Shown here: positions 20,299 to 28,577 of the stretch, in pieces
How positions within the stretch are numbered: position 1 is the first letter of the stretch
Layout: each line of letters starts with the position of its first letter
DNA from: an uncultured Planctomycetales bacterium
GTDB taxonomy: Bacteria > Planctomycetota > UBA1135
Direction: 5' to 3'
Assembly (NCBI GenBank): GCA_964545405.1
Contig: CAZJGH010000001.1
Coordinates: 1-34,739 of the forward strand
Length of the DNA stretch: 34,739 nucleotides
Made by a program: the position numbers and the translations under genes
Notes under the pieces: model-generated
Told to the model about the DNA's origin: nothing
The model's database searches: none
What the model saw: the letters and a program-made list of their open reading frames with translations, nothing else

Positions 20299-22224
20299 CT
20301 AAGGCTGAGTGTTGCTCGCGTACTTATCCAAGCCCTGCTGAAGGAATGCAGCGAACTTGCTGGCATCCGGGTCATAGCCAGGGAAGGTAGCGAGAATCGA
20401 ATCGTCGCGCGGATCGATCAGCGCGTAGAACGGCTGTGAAGCCTGCTTGAAACGCTCGACCTCCATATCCGCGTACTTGGCTATCTTGTCGACCCACAGC
20501 TCTGCGCGGGTGTACTGACGAAGCAGAGGTTTCACCTGAGGGTCAGGGAATACCCCGTTCTCCATCAAGCGACAGTTCGGGCACGTGACACCGGTGAAGT
20601 CGAGGAACAGTGGCATGCCTTCCGTGGCGGAATGCGCGAAGGCTTCATCGTAGTCCTCGAACCAAGTCAGGCCTGCTGGACCGAGGTCGCCAGGCATGCC
20701 GTAGGTCGGTGGAGGCGCGAACGCGTAGATGATCTTGGCGTAGCCAAAATCGCGATTGAACACTCCCGGAAGCAGATAAACGCCACCGGCAAGGATCGCC
20801 AAGGCGAACCCGAGGCGCGCCTTGCCAGGCTTGGCCTTCTCGAAGTCATGCGGCATCTTGAACAGGCCGAACATGTATGCCGCCCACAGGATCATGATCA
20901 AGGCGGATGAGCCGAGCACGATCGGCCAGGTGAGGATCTCGAAATCCCAGAACAAGTCGGCGTTGGAGAAGAACTTGATCGCCGCGACCAGTTCAACGAA
21001 TCCCGCGCAGACCTTCACGGTGTTCATCCATCCACCTGCATTAGGCATGGCTTGCAGGCGCGATGGGAACATCGCCAGGAAGAAGAACGGCAGGGCGAAT
21101 ACCAAGCCGTACACGAACATCCCACCGAATAGGTAGAGCGGGCCAAGCTTGAGGCCAGCAGCGAACACCGCACCGACGAAGGCGACCGTGCAGGTGAAAG
21201 CGGTGATACTGAAGGCGACTGCCATCATCGCCACCGGAAGGTAGCCTGCCTTGCTTTGACCACCTGATTGGGTGTTGGCAGCGAACTTCTGCAGGAATCG
21301 TGGTGCCTGAATCTCGAAGTAACCCAACAACGAAACTGCCATGACCACGAACAACAGGCCGATGGCAGTGTTCACCCACGGATTGGAGCCGATCTGGTTG
21401 GCACCGGTCGGCCCGAGGATCAACGCAGCTCCCCCGCCGATGCCGGCGAAGGTGAAGATGATGCCTCCGGCGTAGGCGGTAGCGTTGCCGATAGGAGTGC
21501 CTTTGCCTGACTCTGAGCGCTTGGTGAAGTAACTGATGGTCACTGGGATCATCGGGAACACACATGGCGTGAGCAAGGTTGCAGCTCCTGCGGATATCGC
21601 CATCAACATGAAGGCCCAGAAACCTTCAGGAAGTTGATTGCCGAGTGCTTCCTCGGCATCCATGCCACCATCTGCCTCGGTGCCTGCTACGGCTCCGCCT
21701 TCGACATCCTCAGCAGGTGGAACTGCCTCATCCTCTACCGGGGCCATTGCGGCCGCGTCGGTAACCATCAGGGAAATCTTGATGGTCTCGGTCATCGGCG
21801 CCAGACAACTCGAGTCATCGCACAGCTGATAGTTGAAGTCGACCGTCAACTCGGTCGCGCCAAGAGTCTCAGGAACACGCACCGGCAGGACGAATTCGGG
21901 CTTGCCGCTGATCCACAGGTATTCGGCCTTGAAGGTGCCAGCTTCGAGAGTGTGGGGCGTCGGCTCCTGGAGGCACAAGAACTCACCTGCGGTTTGCCAC
22001 CCTTCCCCGCTGATATCGACCGAGACAGGAATGCCATTCTCGGGATCCTGATCGGGGTGATAAGCATGCCAGCCATCGGATATGTCCATGGCCATCTGCA
22101 GGTTCAGGATCGAACCGGCCCCGATTTCGTCCACCCCGAGGGAGGCCGTGATCTCGGCCGAGCCATCGTTGGACATTCCGAACTGCGGCAACAACAGGGC
22201 CGCACAGAGTAGGAAGGCGCTCAT
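20299..22224 (-). CDS. dsbD: thiol:disulfide interchange protein DsbD-like (N-domain + CcdA membrane core + thioredoxin)
   Basis: 641 aa with a signal peptide, a DsbD-alpha-like N-domain (NYQLCDDSSCLAP), a membrane core with LLTPCVFPMIPVTISYF, and a C-terminal thioredoxin fold containing a CPNC motif (FTGVTCPNCRLME). Confidence 0.85.
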   Translation of the reverse strand: MSAFLLCAALLLPQFGMSNDGSAEITASLGVDEIGAGSILNLQMAMDISDGWHAYHPDQDPENGIPVSVDISGEGWQTAGEFLCLQEPTPHTLEAGTFKAEYLWISGKPEFVLPVRVPETLGATELTVDFNYQLCDDSSCLAPMTETIKISLMVTDAAAMAPVEDEAVPPAEDVEGGAVAGTEADGGMDAEEALGNQLPEGFWAFMLMAISAGAATLLTPCVFPMIPVTISYFTKRSESGKGTPIGNATAYAGGIIFTFAGIGGGAALILGPTGANQIGSNPWVNTAIGLLFVVMAVSLLGYFEIQAPRFLQKFAANTQSGGQSKAGYLPVAMMAVAFSITAFTCTVAFVGAVFAAGLKLGPLYLFGGMFVYGLVFALPFFFLAMFPSRLQAMPNAGGWMNTVKVCAGFVELVAAIKFFSNADLFWDFEILTWPIVLGSSALIMILWAAYMFGLFKMPHDFEKAKPGKARLGFALAILAGGVYLLPGVFNRDFGYAKIIYAFAPPPTYGMPGDLGPAGLTWFEDYDEAFAHSATEGMPLFLDFTGVTCPNCRLMENGVFPDPQVKPLLRQYTRAELWVDKIAKYADMEVERFKQASQPFYALIDPRDDSILATFPGYDPDASKFAAFLQQGLDKYASNTQP

Positions 22225-22261
22225 TGCATTAGTTTCGTGTCAAATCCGCCCAATGGAAGCG

Positions 22262-22317
22262 AAATTTAAAAATGCGCGCCATACAGACTCCCGAATTTTC
22301 GGGAATATGCGGCGCGC
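22262..22317 (-). terminator. intrinsic terminator downstream of tRNA-Val
   Basis: The minus strand reads GCGCGCC-gcatat-TCCCGAAaaTTCGGGA-gtctgtat-GGCGCGC followed by ATTTTTAAATTT. This is a two-tier hairpin plus a T-tract, sitting between the tRNA 3' end and the dsbD start. Confidence 0.55.
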
Positions 22318-22325
22318 ACGGTGTT

Positions 22326-22402
22326 TGGTGGGCGGTGAGGGACTCGAACCCCCGACCCTCTCGGTGTAAACGAGATGCTCTAGCCAACTGAGCTAATCGC
22401 CC
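22326..22402 (-). tRNA. tRNA-Val (anticodon UAC), CCA encoded
   Basis: The reverse complement GGGCGATTAGCTCAGTTGGCTAGAGCATCTCGTTTACACCGAGAGGGTCGGGGGTTCGAGTCCCTCACCGCCCACCA folds as a cloverleaf. The anticodon loop is TT-TAC-AC and the T-loop is TTCGAGT. There is one A6:C67 mismatch in the acceptor stem. Confidence 0.93.
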
Positions 22403-22412
22403 TAAGCCGGCA

Positions 22413-22422
22413 ATTCTAGAAT
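22413..22422. promoter_or_regulatory. palindromic ATTCTAGAAT giving a TAGAAT -10-like box on both strands (tRNA-Val / thiI)
   Basis: Plus-strand TAGAAT lies at 22417-22422, 44 nt before the thiI ATG. Minus-strand TAGAAT lies at 22413-22418, 11 nt before the tRNA-Val 5' end. Confidence 0.35.
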
Positions 22423-22465
22423 GGCCCCGGCATTGGCGAAAGCCCTCCCGTGGAAATTGTCTGAC

Positions 22466-23659
22466 ATGAACCAAAAATCTACCCTGCTGGTCCGCTATGG
22501 CGAGATCGGTCTCAAAGGCGGCAACCGGCCGGCATTTGAGCGCGCCTTGTGCAGTAATCTCAAGGCCGCACTCGGCCCGCTTCCTGGTTTGGTCACCTTA
22601 CGCCGCCGAGGGCGAATCCTGGTCGAAGCCGACGTCGACCTCACAGCCCACACTCACCGCGCTGCCCAGGTGTTTGGCGTGACCAGCCTGTCACCTGTTT
22701 CCAAGCTGTATCTCGATCCTGAAGCGATCAAGGCCAAAGCCGCAGAGGTGTTGGTGGATGCCCTCAAGCAGGATTTCGCTGGCCGCACTGAAGTGCAGTT
22801 TCGGATCACCGTCAACCGGGGTAATAAGGCCTTCCCGATGACCAGCATGCAGTTCACGCTGGAGATCGCCGACATCGTCCTGCCTGCGAATCCCATGTTG
22901 AAGGTCAACCTGAAGGAGCCTGAACTTCACTTGGAAGTCGACATCCGGGAAGAGGAAGCTTTGGTCTTCGCGCGTCGAATCAAAGGCCCTGCTGGGTTAC
23001 CGGTTGGAACCATGGGCCGTGGACTGACCCTGCTCTCCGGTGGAATAGATTCACCGGTCGCGGCCTGGATGATGATGAAGCGCGGCATGCGTATGGAGTT
23101 CATCTCTTTCTATTCCTTCCCGCATGTCGGCCCCCAGACCAGGGAGAAGATAATCCGCCTCGGCGAGAGACTCGCCGAATGGCAGCCGCGCACGGTCCTT
23201 CACGTAGTGCCCTTCAGCCCCTATCAAGAAGCGATTCGTGATTGTTGCCCGGCCCGATACCGCACCATCCTCTATCGCCGCGCCATGCAACGCATCGCCT
23301 CCTTGGTGGCAGCGCGCCGTAAATGCCGTGCCCTCATCACTGGCGAAAGCCTCGGTCAGGTGGCCAGCCAGACCATGCAGAACATGACGGTGATCGAAGA
23401 TGCGTCGCGTCTACCGGTGCTTCGCCCTCTGATCGGGATGGACAAGACCGAGGCGATCTCGATGGCCAGAAATATCGGTACTTACCAGCTTTCCACACTT
23501 CCAGCTCCGGATTGTTGTACGGTATTCCAGCCTGATAGCCCTGTCATCTTCGGTCGTTTGGAAGAAGCGCTCGAAGCCGAACAGGCTCTCGACATTGGCA
23601 CCCTTACCTTCGAAGCCGTAAAAGGCGCCGAACAGCTCGAACTACCAGAAGAAGAATGA
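22466..23659 (+). CDS. thiI: tRNA 4-thiouridine(8) synthase ThiI (THUMP + PP-loop, no rhodanese domain)
   Basis: Taken from Met at 22466 (MNQKSTLLVRYGEIGLKGGNR). The PP-loop LLSGGIDSPVAAW is present. The 15-codon upstream extension in the track runs into the tRNA promoter region and is rejected. Confidence 0.9.
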   Translation: MNQKSTLLVRYGEIGLKGGNRPAFERALCSNLKAALGPLPGLVTLRRRGRILVEADVDLTAHTHRAAQVFGVTSLSPVSKLYLDPEAIKAKAAEVLVDALKQDFAGRTEVQFRITVNRGNKAFPMTSMQFTLEIADIVLPANPMLKVNLKEPELHLEVDIREEEALVFARRIKGPAGLPVGTMGRGLTLLSGGIDSPVAAWMMMKRGMRMEFISFYSFPHVGPQTREKIIRLGERLAEWQPRTVLHVVPFSPYQEAIRDCCPARYRTILYRRAMQRIASLVAARRKCRALITGESLGQVASQTMQNMTVIEDASRLPVLRPLIGMDKTEAISMARNIGTYQLSTLPAPDCCTVFQPDSPVIFGRLEEALEAEQALDIGTLTFEAVKGAEQLELPEEE

Positions 23660-24483
23660 GTCCCCGCAACCTGATTATCGTCCTCGCTTGTGCAATGCTC
23701 GTGCTCCCAGCATGCAGTGGCAAATCAAAGAAGAAGAAGTCAACGTTGGCCACCACCGTTTCCGGTGCTGGTCCTGAAGTCGCCGCCAAGGTGATTCCAC
23801 CACCTGCACTCCAGCCACCTACAGCCGACGAAGCCCTGTACGTTTCGCACATCGTCGACAAGGCCACAGGCCGCCCGATCGGTGGTGCCTTCTGCTACCT
23901 GGTGCGCAATATTCCTGACCCTCTCTACCTGCGTAGCCCTAAGCGTTCCGATGTGGTGTTCTCGTCTCGCACCCCTTTGCACGGACAGAACTACACCAAG
24001 CTGAATGCAGCCACCGCCGACAAGAATGGCGTCAAGCTGCTCGATGGCAAGATGAAGTGGTGGCTGGTCTCAGGCCGCGGCTTCACGCCGAAGATCGTCG
24101 AAGCTGGCCCTGCTGTGGCGGGTAGCACCCAGGAAGTAACCATCAGCGTGAGCATCTCGCCTGTTATCGAGTTCCGCGTCTTCACGCCGAAGGGCGATCT
24201 GGCCAACAACGCGATCTGCACCATGGCTCCTGATGTCAATCAGCCAGACCTCGAAGGCAAGATGGCCAGTCGTGGCAACAGCAGCGGCAACGTCGGCATG
24301 ACCGAGCGCGCCGACGACTCGGGTGAGGTCTACTTCAACCGTTCGAAAGGTCGCTACCGCCTGTCCTTCAACGATGAGAAAGGCCGCTATCGGTACTACG
24401 AGATCTTCGAATACGATGGCGTGACTACCACCAAGCCGATCAAGATCCATCTGCCGGCCAAGTCGATGGATAAGCCCTGGTAG
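23656..24483 (+). CDS. lipoprotein, beta-sandwich (carboxypeptidase-regulatory-like) fold, unknown function
   Basis: 275 aa with a lipobox (LVLPAC-SGKSKKKK). ATGA overlap with the thiI stop. Confidence 0.7.
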   Translation: MSPRNLIIVLACAMLVLPACSGKSKKKKSTLATTVSGAGPEVAAKVIPPPALQPPTADEALYVSHIVDKATGRPIGGAFCYLVRNIPDPLYLRSPKRSDVVFSSRTPLHGQNYTKLNAATADKNGVKLLDGKMKWWLVSGRGFTPKIVEAGPAVAGSTQEVTISVSISPVIEFRVFTPKGDLANNAICTMAPDVNQPDLEGKMASRGNSSGNVGMTERADDSGEVYFNRSKGRYRLSFNDEKGRYRYYEIFEYDGVTTTKPIKIHLPAKSMDKPW

Positions 24484-24506
24484 GCTAGAGCCAGGCTCTC
24501 CGCTGC

Positions 24507-24550
24507 AATAAAAAACAGGCGGCTCTCGATTGAGAGCCGCCTGTTTGATT
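24507..24550. terminator. bidirectional intrinsic terminator
   Basis: A 15-bp perfect stem (AAACAGGCGGCTCTC, 24513-24527, pairing with GAGAGCCGCCTGTTT, 24532-24546) with a GATT loop. It is flanked by an A6 run on the left (a T-tract for the minus-strand tRNA-Asp) and by TTTGATTT on the right (for the plus-strand lipoprotein gene). Confidence 0.75.
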
Positions 24551-24554
24551 TAGA

Positions 24555-24631
24555 TGGCGAGGATGACGAGACTCGAACTCGCAACCACCAGATCGACAGT
24601 CTGGTACGCTAACCAATTGCGCCACATCCCC
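24555..24631 (-). tRNA. tRNA-Asp (anticodon GUC), CCA encoded
   Basis: The reverse complement GGGGATGTGGCGCAATTGGTTAGCGTACCAGACTGTCGATCTGGTGGTTGCGAGTTCGAGTCTCGTCATCCTCGCCA folds as a cloverleaf with anticodon loop CT-GTC-GA, discriminator G73 and T-loop TTCGAGT. Confidence 0.95.
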
Positions 24632-24672
24632 GCACTTTGGCCGGAAAGTATACGCCTCTCCCAGGAGAATGG

Positions 24673-25485
24673 TCAAGCCCCGTCCGCGACAGTTTTTGCC
24701 TTCTCCCAAAGAAGGTCCATCTCTTCGAGGGTGGCCTCGGCCAAGGGCTTGTCGATATGCTGCTCGATATAGCGAAAACGGCTGGAAAACCGCTCGATAG
24801 TGCCTCGTAGGGCAAGCTCAGGTTCGAGCTTCATCTTGCGCGCGACATTGACCACCGCGAACAGCAAGTCGCCGAGTTCCTCGCTGGCCCGCTCCTTGTC
24901 GCCGGATTCGACGGCATCGTGGAACTCCTGCCACTCCTCTTCGACCTTCTCGCTGGGGCCGGTCAAATCTGGCCAATCGAAACCAGCATTGGAAGCCTTC
25001 TCGCCCACTCGATAAGCCCGCAACAGTGCCGGCAATGAGCGCGGCACCCCAGCTAAGGTCGATTCGTCGGTGCCCTTGTCGATCTTCTCCTGTTTCTTGA
25101 TGGCTTCCCAGTTCTTCAGGACCTGCCCGGTGCCGTCGACTTCGACCTCGCCATAGACATGCGGGTGTCGGCGAATCAGCTTGGCTGTGATGCCATCGGC
25201 GACATCCTTCATGCCGAATCCACGGTCCTCATCCGCGACCCTAGCCACCATCATCACCCCCATCAGCAGGTCGCCAAGTTCCTCGCAAGTGTCTGTGGCA
25301 TCGCGGCGCGCGACGGCGTCGGCCATCTCGTGGCACTCCTCGACCAGGTGTGGCGCAAGAGTCTCGACGGTCTGCTTCATGTCCCACGGGCAGCCGTTCG
25401 GCGACCGCAGGGTATCGATTACTTGGTAGAGACGGCCCAGTGATTCCAGGACCTCAGGCGGGACGGGTTTTTCGACCGGCGACAT
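24673..25485 (-). CDS. mazG: nucleoside triphosphate pyrophosphohydrolase MazG (tandem MazG domains)
   Basis: 270 aa. LRSPNGCPWDMKQTVETLAPHLVEECHEMADAV and a second EELGDLLFAVVNVAR repeat are present. Confidence 0.9.
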   Translation of the reverse strand: MSPVEKPVPPEVLESLGRLYQVIDTLRSPNGCPWDMKQTVETLAPHLVEECHEMADAVARRDATDTCEELGDLLMGVMMVARVADEDRGFGMKDVADGITAKLIRRHPHVYGEVEVDGTGQVLKNWEAIKKQEKIDKGTDESTLAGVPRSLPALLRAYRVGEKASNAGFDWPDLTGPSEKVEEEWQEFHDAVESGDKERASEELGDLLFAVVNVARKMKLEPELALRGTIERFSSRFRYIEQHIDKPLAEATLEEMDLLWEKAKTVADGA

Positions 25486-25521
25486 TCAGGAAGTCTAGCC
25501 AGGCGGGACCACCACTCCGAG

Positions 25522-27342
25522 CTAGAAGCCAAGTTGGGTCTCAAGTCCGTTGGAGCATGCCCAGCCATTGCCTGCAGCGCCTGGGTCGTTCGGGATCCAA
25601 ACTTGCCAGTACAGGCTACGCCCGGCCAATCCGACTGAGTTCGGCACCGTCGCGTTCATCACGCCATCGCCAGCTGCATCGATCGGGATATCGATCACGG
25701 TGTCGTAACTGACTAGGGCAACTGCCCCATCGAATGGAGTGGATGCAGGGGAGGGACCACGGATAAGCTTGGCATTGGAGTTCGCCAAGGCGGAGCTGAT
25801 CTCAAGACTGACCGCTGCACCGAGGACGGGGTTGGCGTTGAGGGTCAGCGCTGGGATTCCAGAGCTACCCGGCTTGCCGGCGCCGTAGTTGATGAAGGCG
25901 GCGTCGGTCGGTGCGGCGATGGCGAACGGCATATCCGTCTCGTCGCTACCGGTGTTGGCTACTGCATCAGCAACGACCACACGCAATAGGGCATCGTTGG
26001 TGCTGACATTAGGGACTGTCCAGACATGGGTTCCGGCAGCTGGCAAGCCGGTGGCGATCGAACCCCATGAGGCTCCACCATCGGTCGACAGCTCAAGGGC
26101 TGCAGAAGTGGCGGCGACGTCGTCATCGGACAGCCACTCGATGCTCAACTGTGTGCCTGGATTCAGGATCTCGCCACCATTTGGCGCCACGATGTAAGCG
26201 GTCGGGTTCACGCCTCCACGGTGTTCGGGTAAGTGCATGACGATGCAGTGCATGACTCCCGAAGCCGTGACGATGGCTTGGCAGTCGATCTGCACCACGG
26301 TCTTGCCGGGCATCGCCGCTTGCCAGGCGGATAGGGCCTGTGAGTTGTATTGGGTGATGGTCGAGTTGGTGTACCTCGGCACCAGCACCAAGTCGTTACA
26401 GATGACCACGTTGGTGTAGGTGTAGTGCGTTCCACCGTAATGCCGTGCAGGGATGCGAGTGACCGTGAACCCTTCGGCAGCCATGTCGATGGCAGCCTGA
26501 TCACAGATGTTGTCTTGGGAACTGCCTGACTGCGCCGGCCAGTCACTGATCATGACCTTGTCGTCGCCGTAGACCTGCATCCACATGTCGATGTGTTGGG
26601 TCGAATCGACGTTGGTCGGAAACGGCGTGAAGAGGGTCACATCGAGGTTCTGGTAGTCGTTGAAGACGTCCCAAATCTGAGTGTCGTTGTAACCTTGATT
26701 CTCGTTGTTGATCAGGCGCGTCAGATAGCCACCGCCGAGACCATCGAGATGGAAGTTACCACCACCGTGAGTGAGTGGCTGCTCATAGAGCGCGTGGCCG
26801 AAATACCCCGACAGGTATGACGAAAGCGCGTTATCGCTCGGCCGTGGCCGGTTGTAGGTGTGATCGACGATGGCGCGGACGTCACCTTGATAGATGTAAC
26901 GTGGGCCATAGTCACGAATCCAGATGGTGTCAGTGCCTCGCACCACGAAATGCACCCTGCTCATGTTGGCGCCTTGAGCGGAAATCGTGGAGGACGCCGA
27001 GCTGCTTTCGCTGCTACTGTCGACGACGCAATAGATATCCGCATCGCCGGTCGTGGTGATCTCGCCTGCCATCTGGGCGAGGATGTTCTTCCACGAGGTG
27101 GACCCTTCCCAAGCGATGAAGATACCGTCCATCGGGTCGTATTCAGGCACGCAATAGACCGTTCCGGTCGGTGGTGCGGTCGCGCTGAGAACTTGCCCAA
27201 GTGGGTTGGCAGAAACCCAATTGGCTTCCGCCGGTGTCATCGAACGTGGGACCGCAGCACCTTCTGGATAGCTCGGCTGCTGGGCAGCAAGCGGCGCGGA
27301 AACCAGGATGATCGGAAGCAGGGCGTGAGGGAATGGGCGCAT
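25522..27342 (-). CDS. secreted PAD_porph/agmatine-deiminase-family guanidino-modifying enzyme with two extra C-terminal beta-sandwich modules
   Basis: 606 aa with a signal peptide (LVSAPLAAQQPS). The family motifs IWIRDYGPRY, THGGGNFHLDG, HIDMWMQ and the catalytic-Cys motif SGVMHCIVMH are present. These are followed by a domain with an Asp-box-like LSTDGGASW and a terminal ~120-aa module. Confidence 0.8.
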   Translation of the reverse strand: MRPFPHALLPIILVSAPLAAQQPSYPEGAAVPRSMTPAEANWVSANPLGQVLSATAPPTGTVYCVPEYDPMDGIFIAWEGSTSWKNILAQMAGEITTTGDADIYCVVDSSSESSSASSTISAQGANMSRVHFVVRGTDTIWIRDYGPRYIYQGDVRAIVDHTYNRPRPSDNALSSYLSGYFGHALYEQPLTHGGGNFHLDGLGGGYLTRLINNENQGYNDTQIWDVFNDYQNLDVTLFTPFPTNVDSTQHIDMWMQVYGDDKVMISDWPAQSGSSQDNICDQAAIDMAAEGFTVTRIPARHYGGTHYTYTNVVICNDLVLVPRYTNSTITQYNSQALSAWQAAMPGKTVVQIDCQAIVTASGVMHCIVMHLPEHRGGVNPTAYIVAPNGGEILNPGTQLSIEWLSDDDVAATSAALELSTDGGASWGSIATGLPAAGTHVWTVPNVSTNDALLRVVVADAVANTGSDETDMPFAIAAPTDAAFINYGAGKPGSSGIPALTLNANPVLGAAVSLEISSALANSNAKLIRGPSPASTPFDGAVALVSYDTVIDIPIDAAGDGVMNATVPNSVGLAGRSLYWQVWIPNDPGAAGNGWACSNGLETQLGF

Positions 27343-27415
27343 TGGATGGTAGATGAGCCGAAATCGGCTATGGTTCCATCCTATCCTAGGATTCCGTTTT
27401 GGTGCGCCCTAAAGC

Positions 27416-27748
27416 CTAATCAGTGCAGCGCTCGAACTCGTGCACCCAAACCTGGGCCGTGCCATTCCACTCCATGCCCTTGTGCATACGCAGAATCAAG
27501 TCGCGATACATATCAAGGCTTGGGTAACCCTCGGCTTGGGCATCGGCGTCAGTCATATCGCCGAGAGTTTGGCGACGAAGATCTGTCACTTGAAACTTGG
27601 TGCCCTCAAGTTCGAATGATTCACCGGGATAAGCATAAACACCATTACGACGCTGTTGGGTCTTGCGACCAGCCAACGCTGCTTCAATCAGCTTGGCATG
27701 GGTGACTAGGGAATCGATCTCGCAAGTCTTGGCTGGGAAGTCGGTCAT
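27416..27748 (-). CDS. ASCH domain protein
   Basis: 110 aa. LIEAALAGRKTQQRR and DADAQAEGYPSLDMYRDLILRMH fit the ASCH pattern (i..G.KT.e.R ... a..EGf.s..e....l...y). Confidence 0.75.
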   Translation of the reverse strand: MTDFPAKTCEIDSLVTHAKLIEAALAGRKTQQRRNGVYAYPGESFELEGTKFQVTDLRRQTLGDMTDADAQAEGYPSLDMYRDLILRMHKGMEWNGTAQVWVHEFERCTD

Positions 27749-27792
27749 GGCTGGTGTCTAGGTCAACACTAAAGCCGGTTCCAACAAATCGC

Positions 27793-28299
27793 TCAAGGCA
27801 GCCACTCCAACACATAGTGCGGACCGATCTTGGGGATATCGAACTCCTCGCCGACCTGAACGAAACCACAACTCTTGTAGGCCGGAATCGCGATTACTCG
27901 TGCGTTACACCACAAGCCAGTGCCAGCTTCGCGCGCGAGCTGCTGAGTCCCCTCCATCAGGAGGCGACCATATCCACGCCCTCGGTATTCCTCATCTACC
28001 GCCATACCACGAATGCGATAGCCGAAGTTGCCCGCACGTTCCTCGACCATGATGGTCGCACAGCCAATCTCGACGCCATCCAAGGTCAGCACCAAGTGCA
28101 CCGTGGTATCCAACCTATCGACAGCGCCGTAATCGACCGACTCGAAGGGTTGTCCTTGACGTAGGTTTCGATGCCGCACATGCCAGGTGCGTTCGACATC
28201 GACGTGCGTGTGAAGTTCAGGGTTCAACTCAAAATTCTCCGACAGCAAGGGTAGCAGCGAGAAATATCCATCGCTCTGACGTCTCAAACGTCCCTGCAA
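27793..28299 (-). CDS. GNAT family N-acetyltransferase (ElaA/YjcF-like)
   Basis: 168 aa. The acetyl-CoA motif A is IRGMAVDEEYRGRGYGRLLM, followed by WCNARVIAIPAYKSCGF. The track start is a TTG, so the true start is uncertain. Confidence 0.8.
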   Translation of the reverse strand: MQGRLRRQSDGYFSLLPLLSENFELNPELHTHVDVERTWHVRHRNLRQGQPFESVDYGAVDRLDTTVHLVLTLDGVEIGCATIMVEERAGNFGYRIRGMAVDEEYRGRGYGRLLMEGTQQLAREAGTGLWCNARVIAIPAYKSCGFVQVGEEFDIPKIGPHYVLEWLP

Positions 28300-28530
28300 G
28301 TCGCGCAGGCAAATTCGCCAAATTTAGTTTTTTCGCCCCGTATTCAGAAATTCCGGTTCTTGATTATTGCTACTTTAGCGATTCACGATTAACCCTCTTC
28401 AGAGACCCCCAAATGGAATTTTGCTCCATGCATACCCTCTGCGCGGCCAGCGTGGCCGCGTTCCTTTTCTCTCTCCCGAGCCCTGCGCAACAACCATCCA
28501 TCGGCAGTGTAGGTGGCCAGGTCAACCCTA

Positions 28531-28554
28531 AGGCTGGGGAGTAGGCTGGGGAGT
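28531..28554 (+). repeat. perfect 12-bp tandem duplication AGGCTGGGGAGT x2
   Basis: Copy 1 (28531-28542) and copy 2 (28543-28554) are identical. The junction ..gagT|AGgct.. forms the in-frame TAG. Confidence 0.95.
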
Positions 28555-28577
28555 GCATCACAGTACAAGACCGCGCC

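Noticed and set aside
22225-24672. tRNA-Val and tRNA-Asp as integration sites for a genomic island or prophage
   Set aside because: There is no integrase, excisionase or phage gene nearby. I could see no direct repeat of either tRNA 3' end. The flanking genes (dsbD, thiI, mazG) are housekeeping genes with the same composition as the rest of the window.
27343-27415. Nested inverted repeats (GGATGG...CCATCC around AGCCGAaaTCGGCT) and the 10-bp palindrome ATCCTAGGAT between the ASCH and PAD-like genes
   Set aside because: This could be an attenuator or operator, but the stems are short and imperfect, no T-tract follows on the transcribed (minus) strand, and I cannot evaluate conservation. It is insufficient to call.
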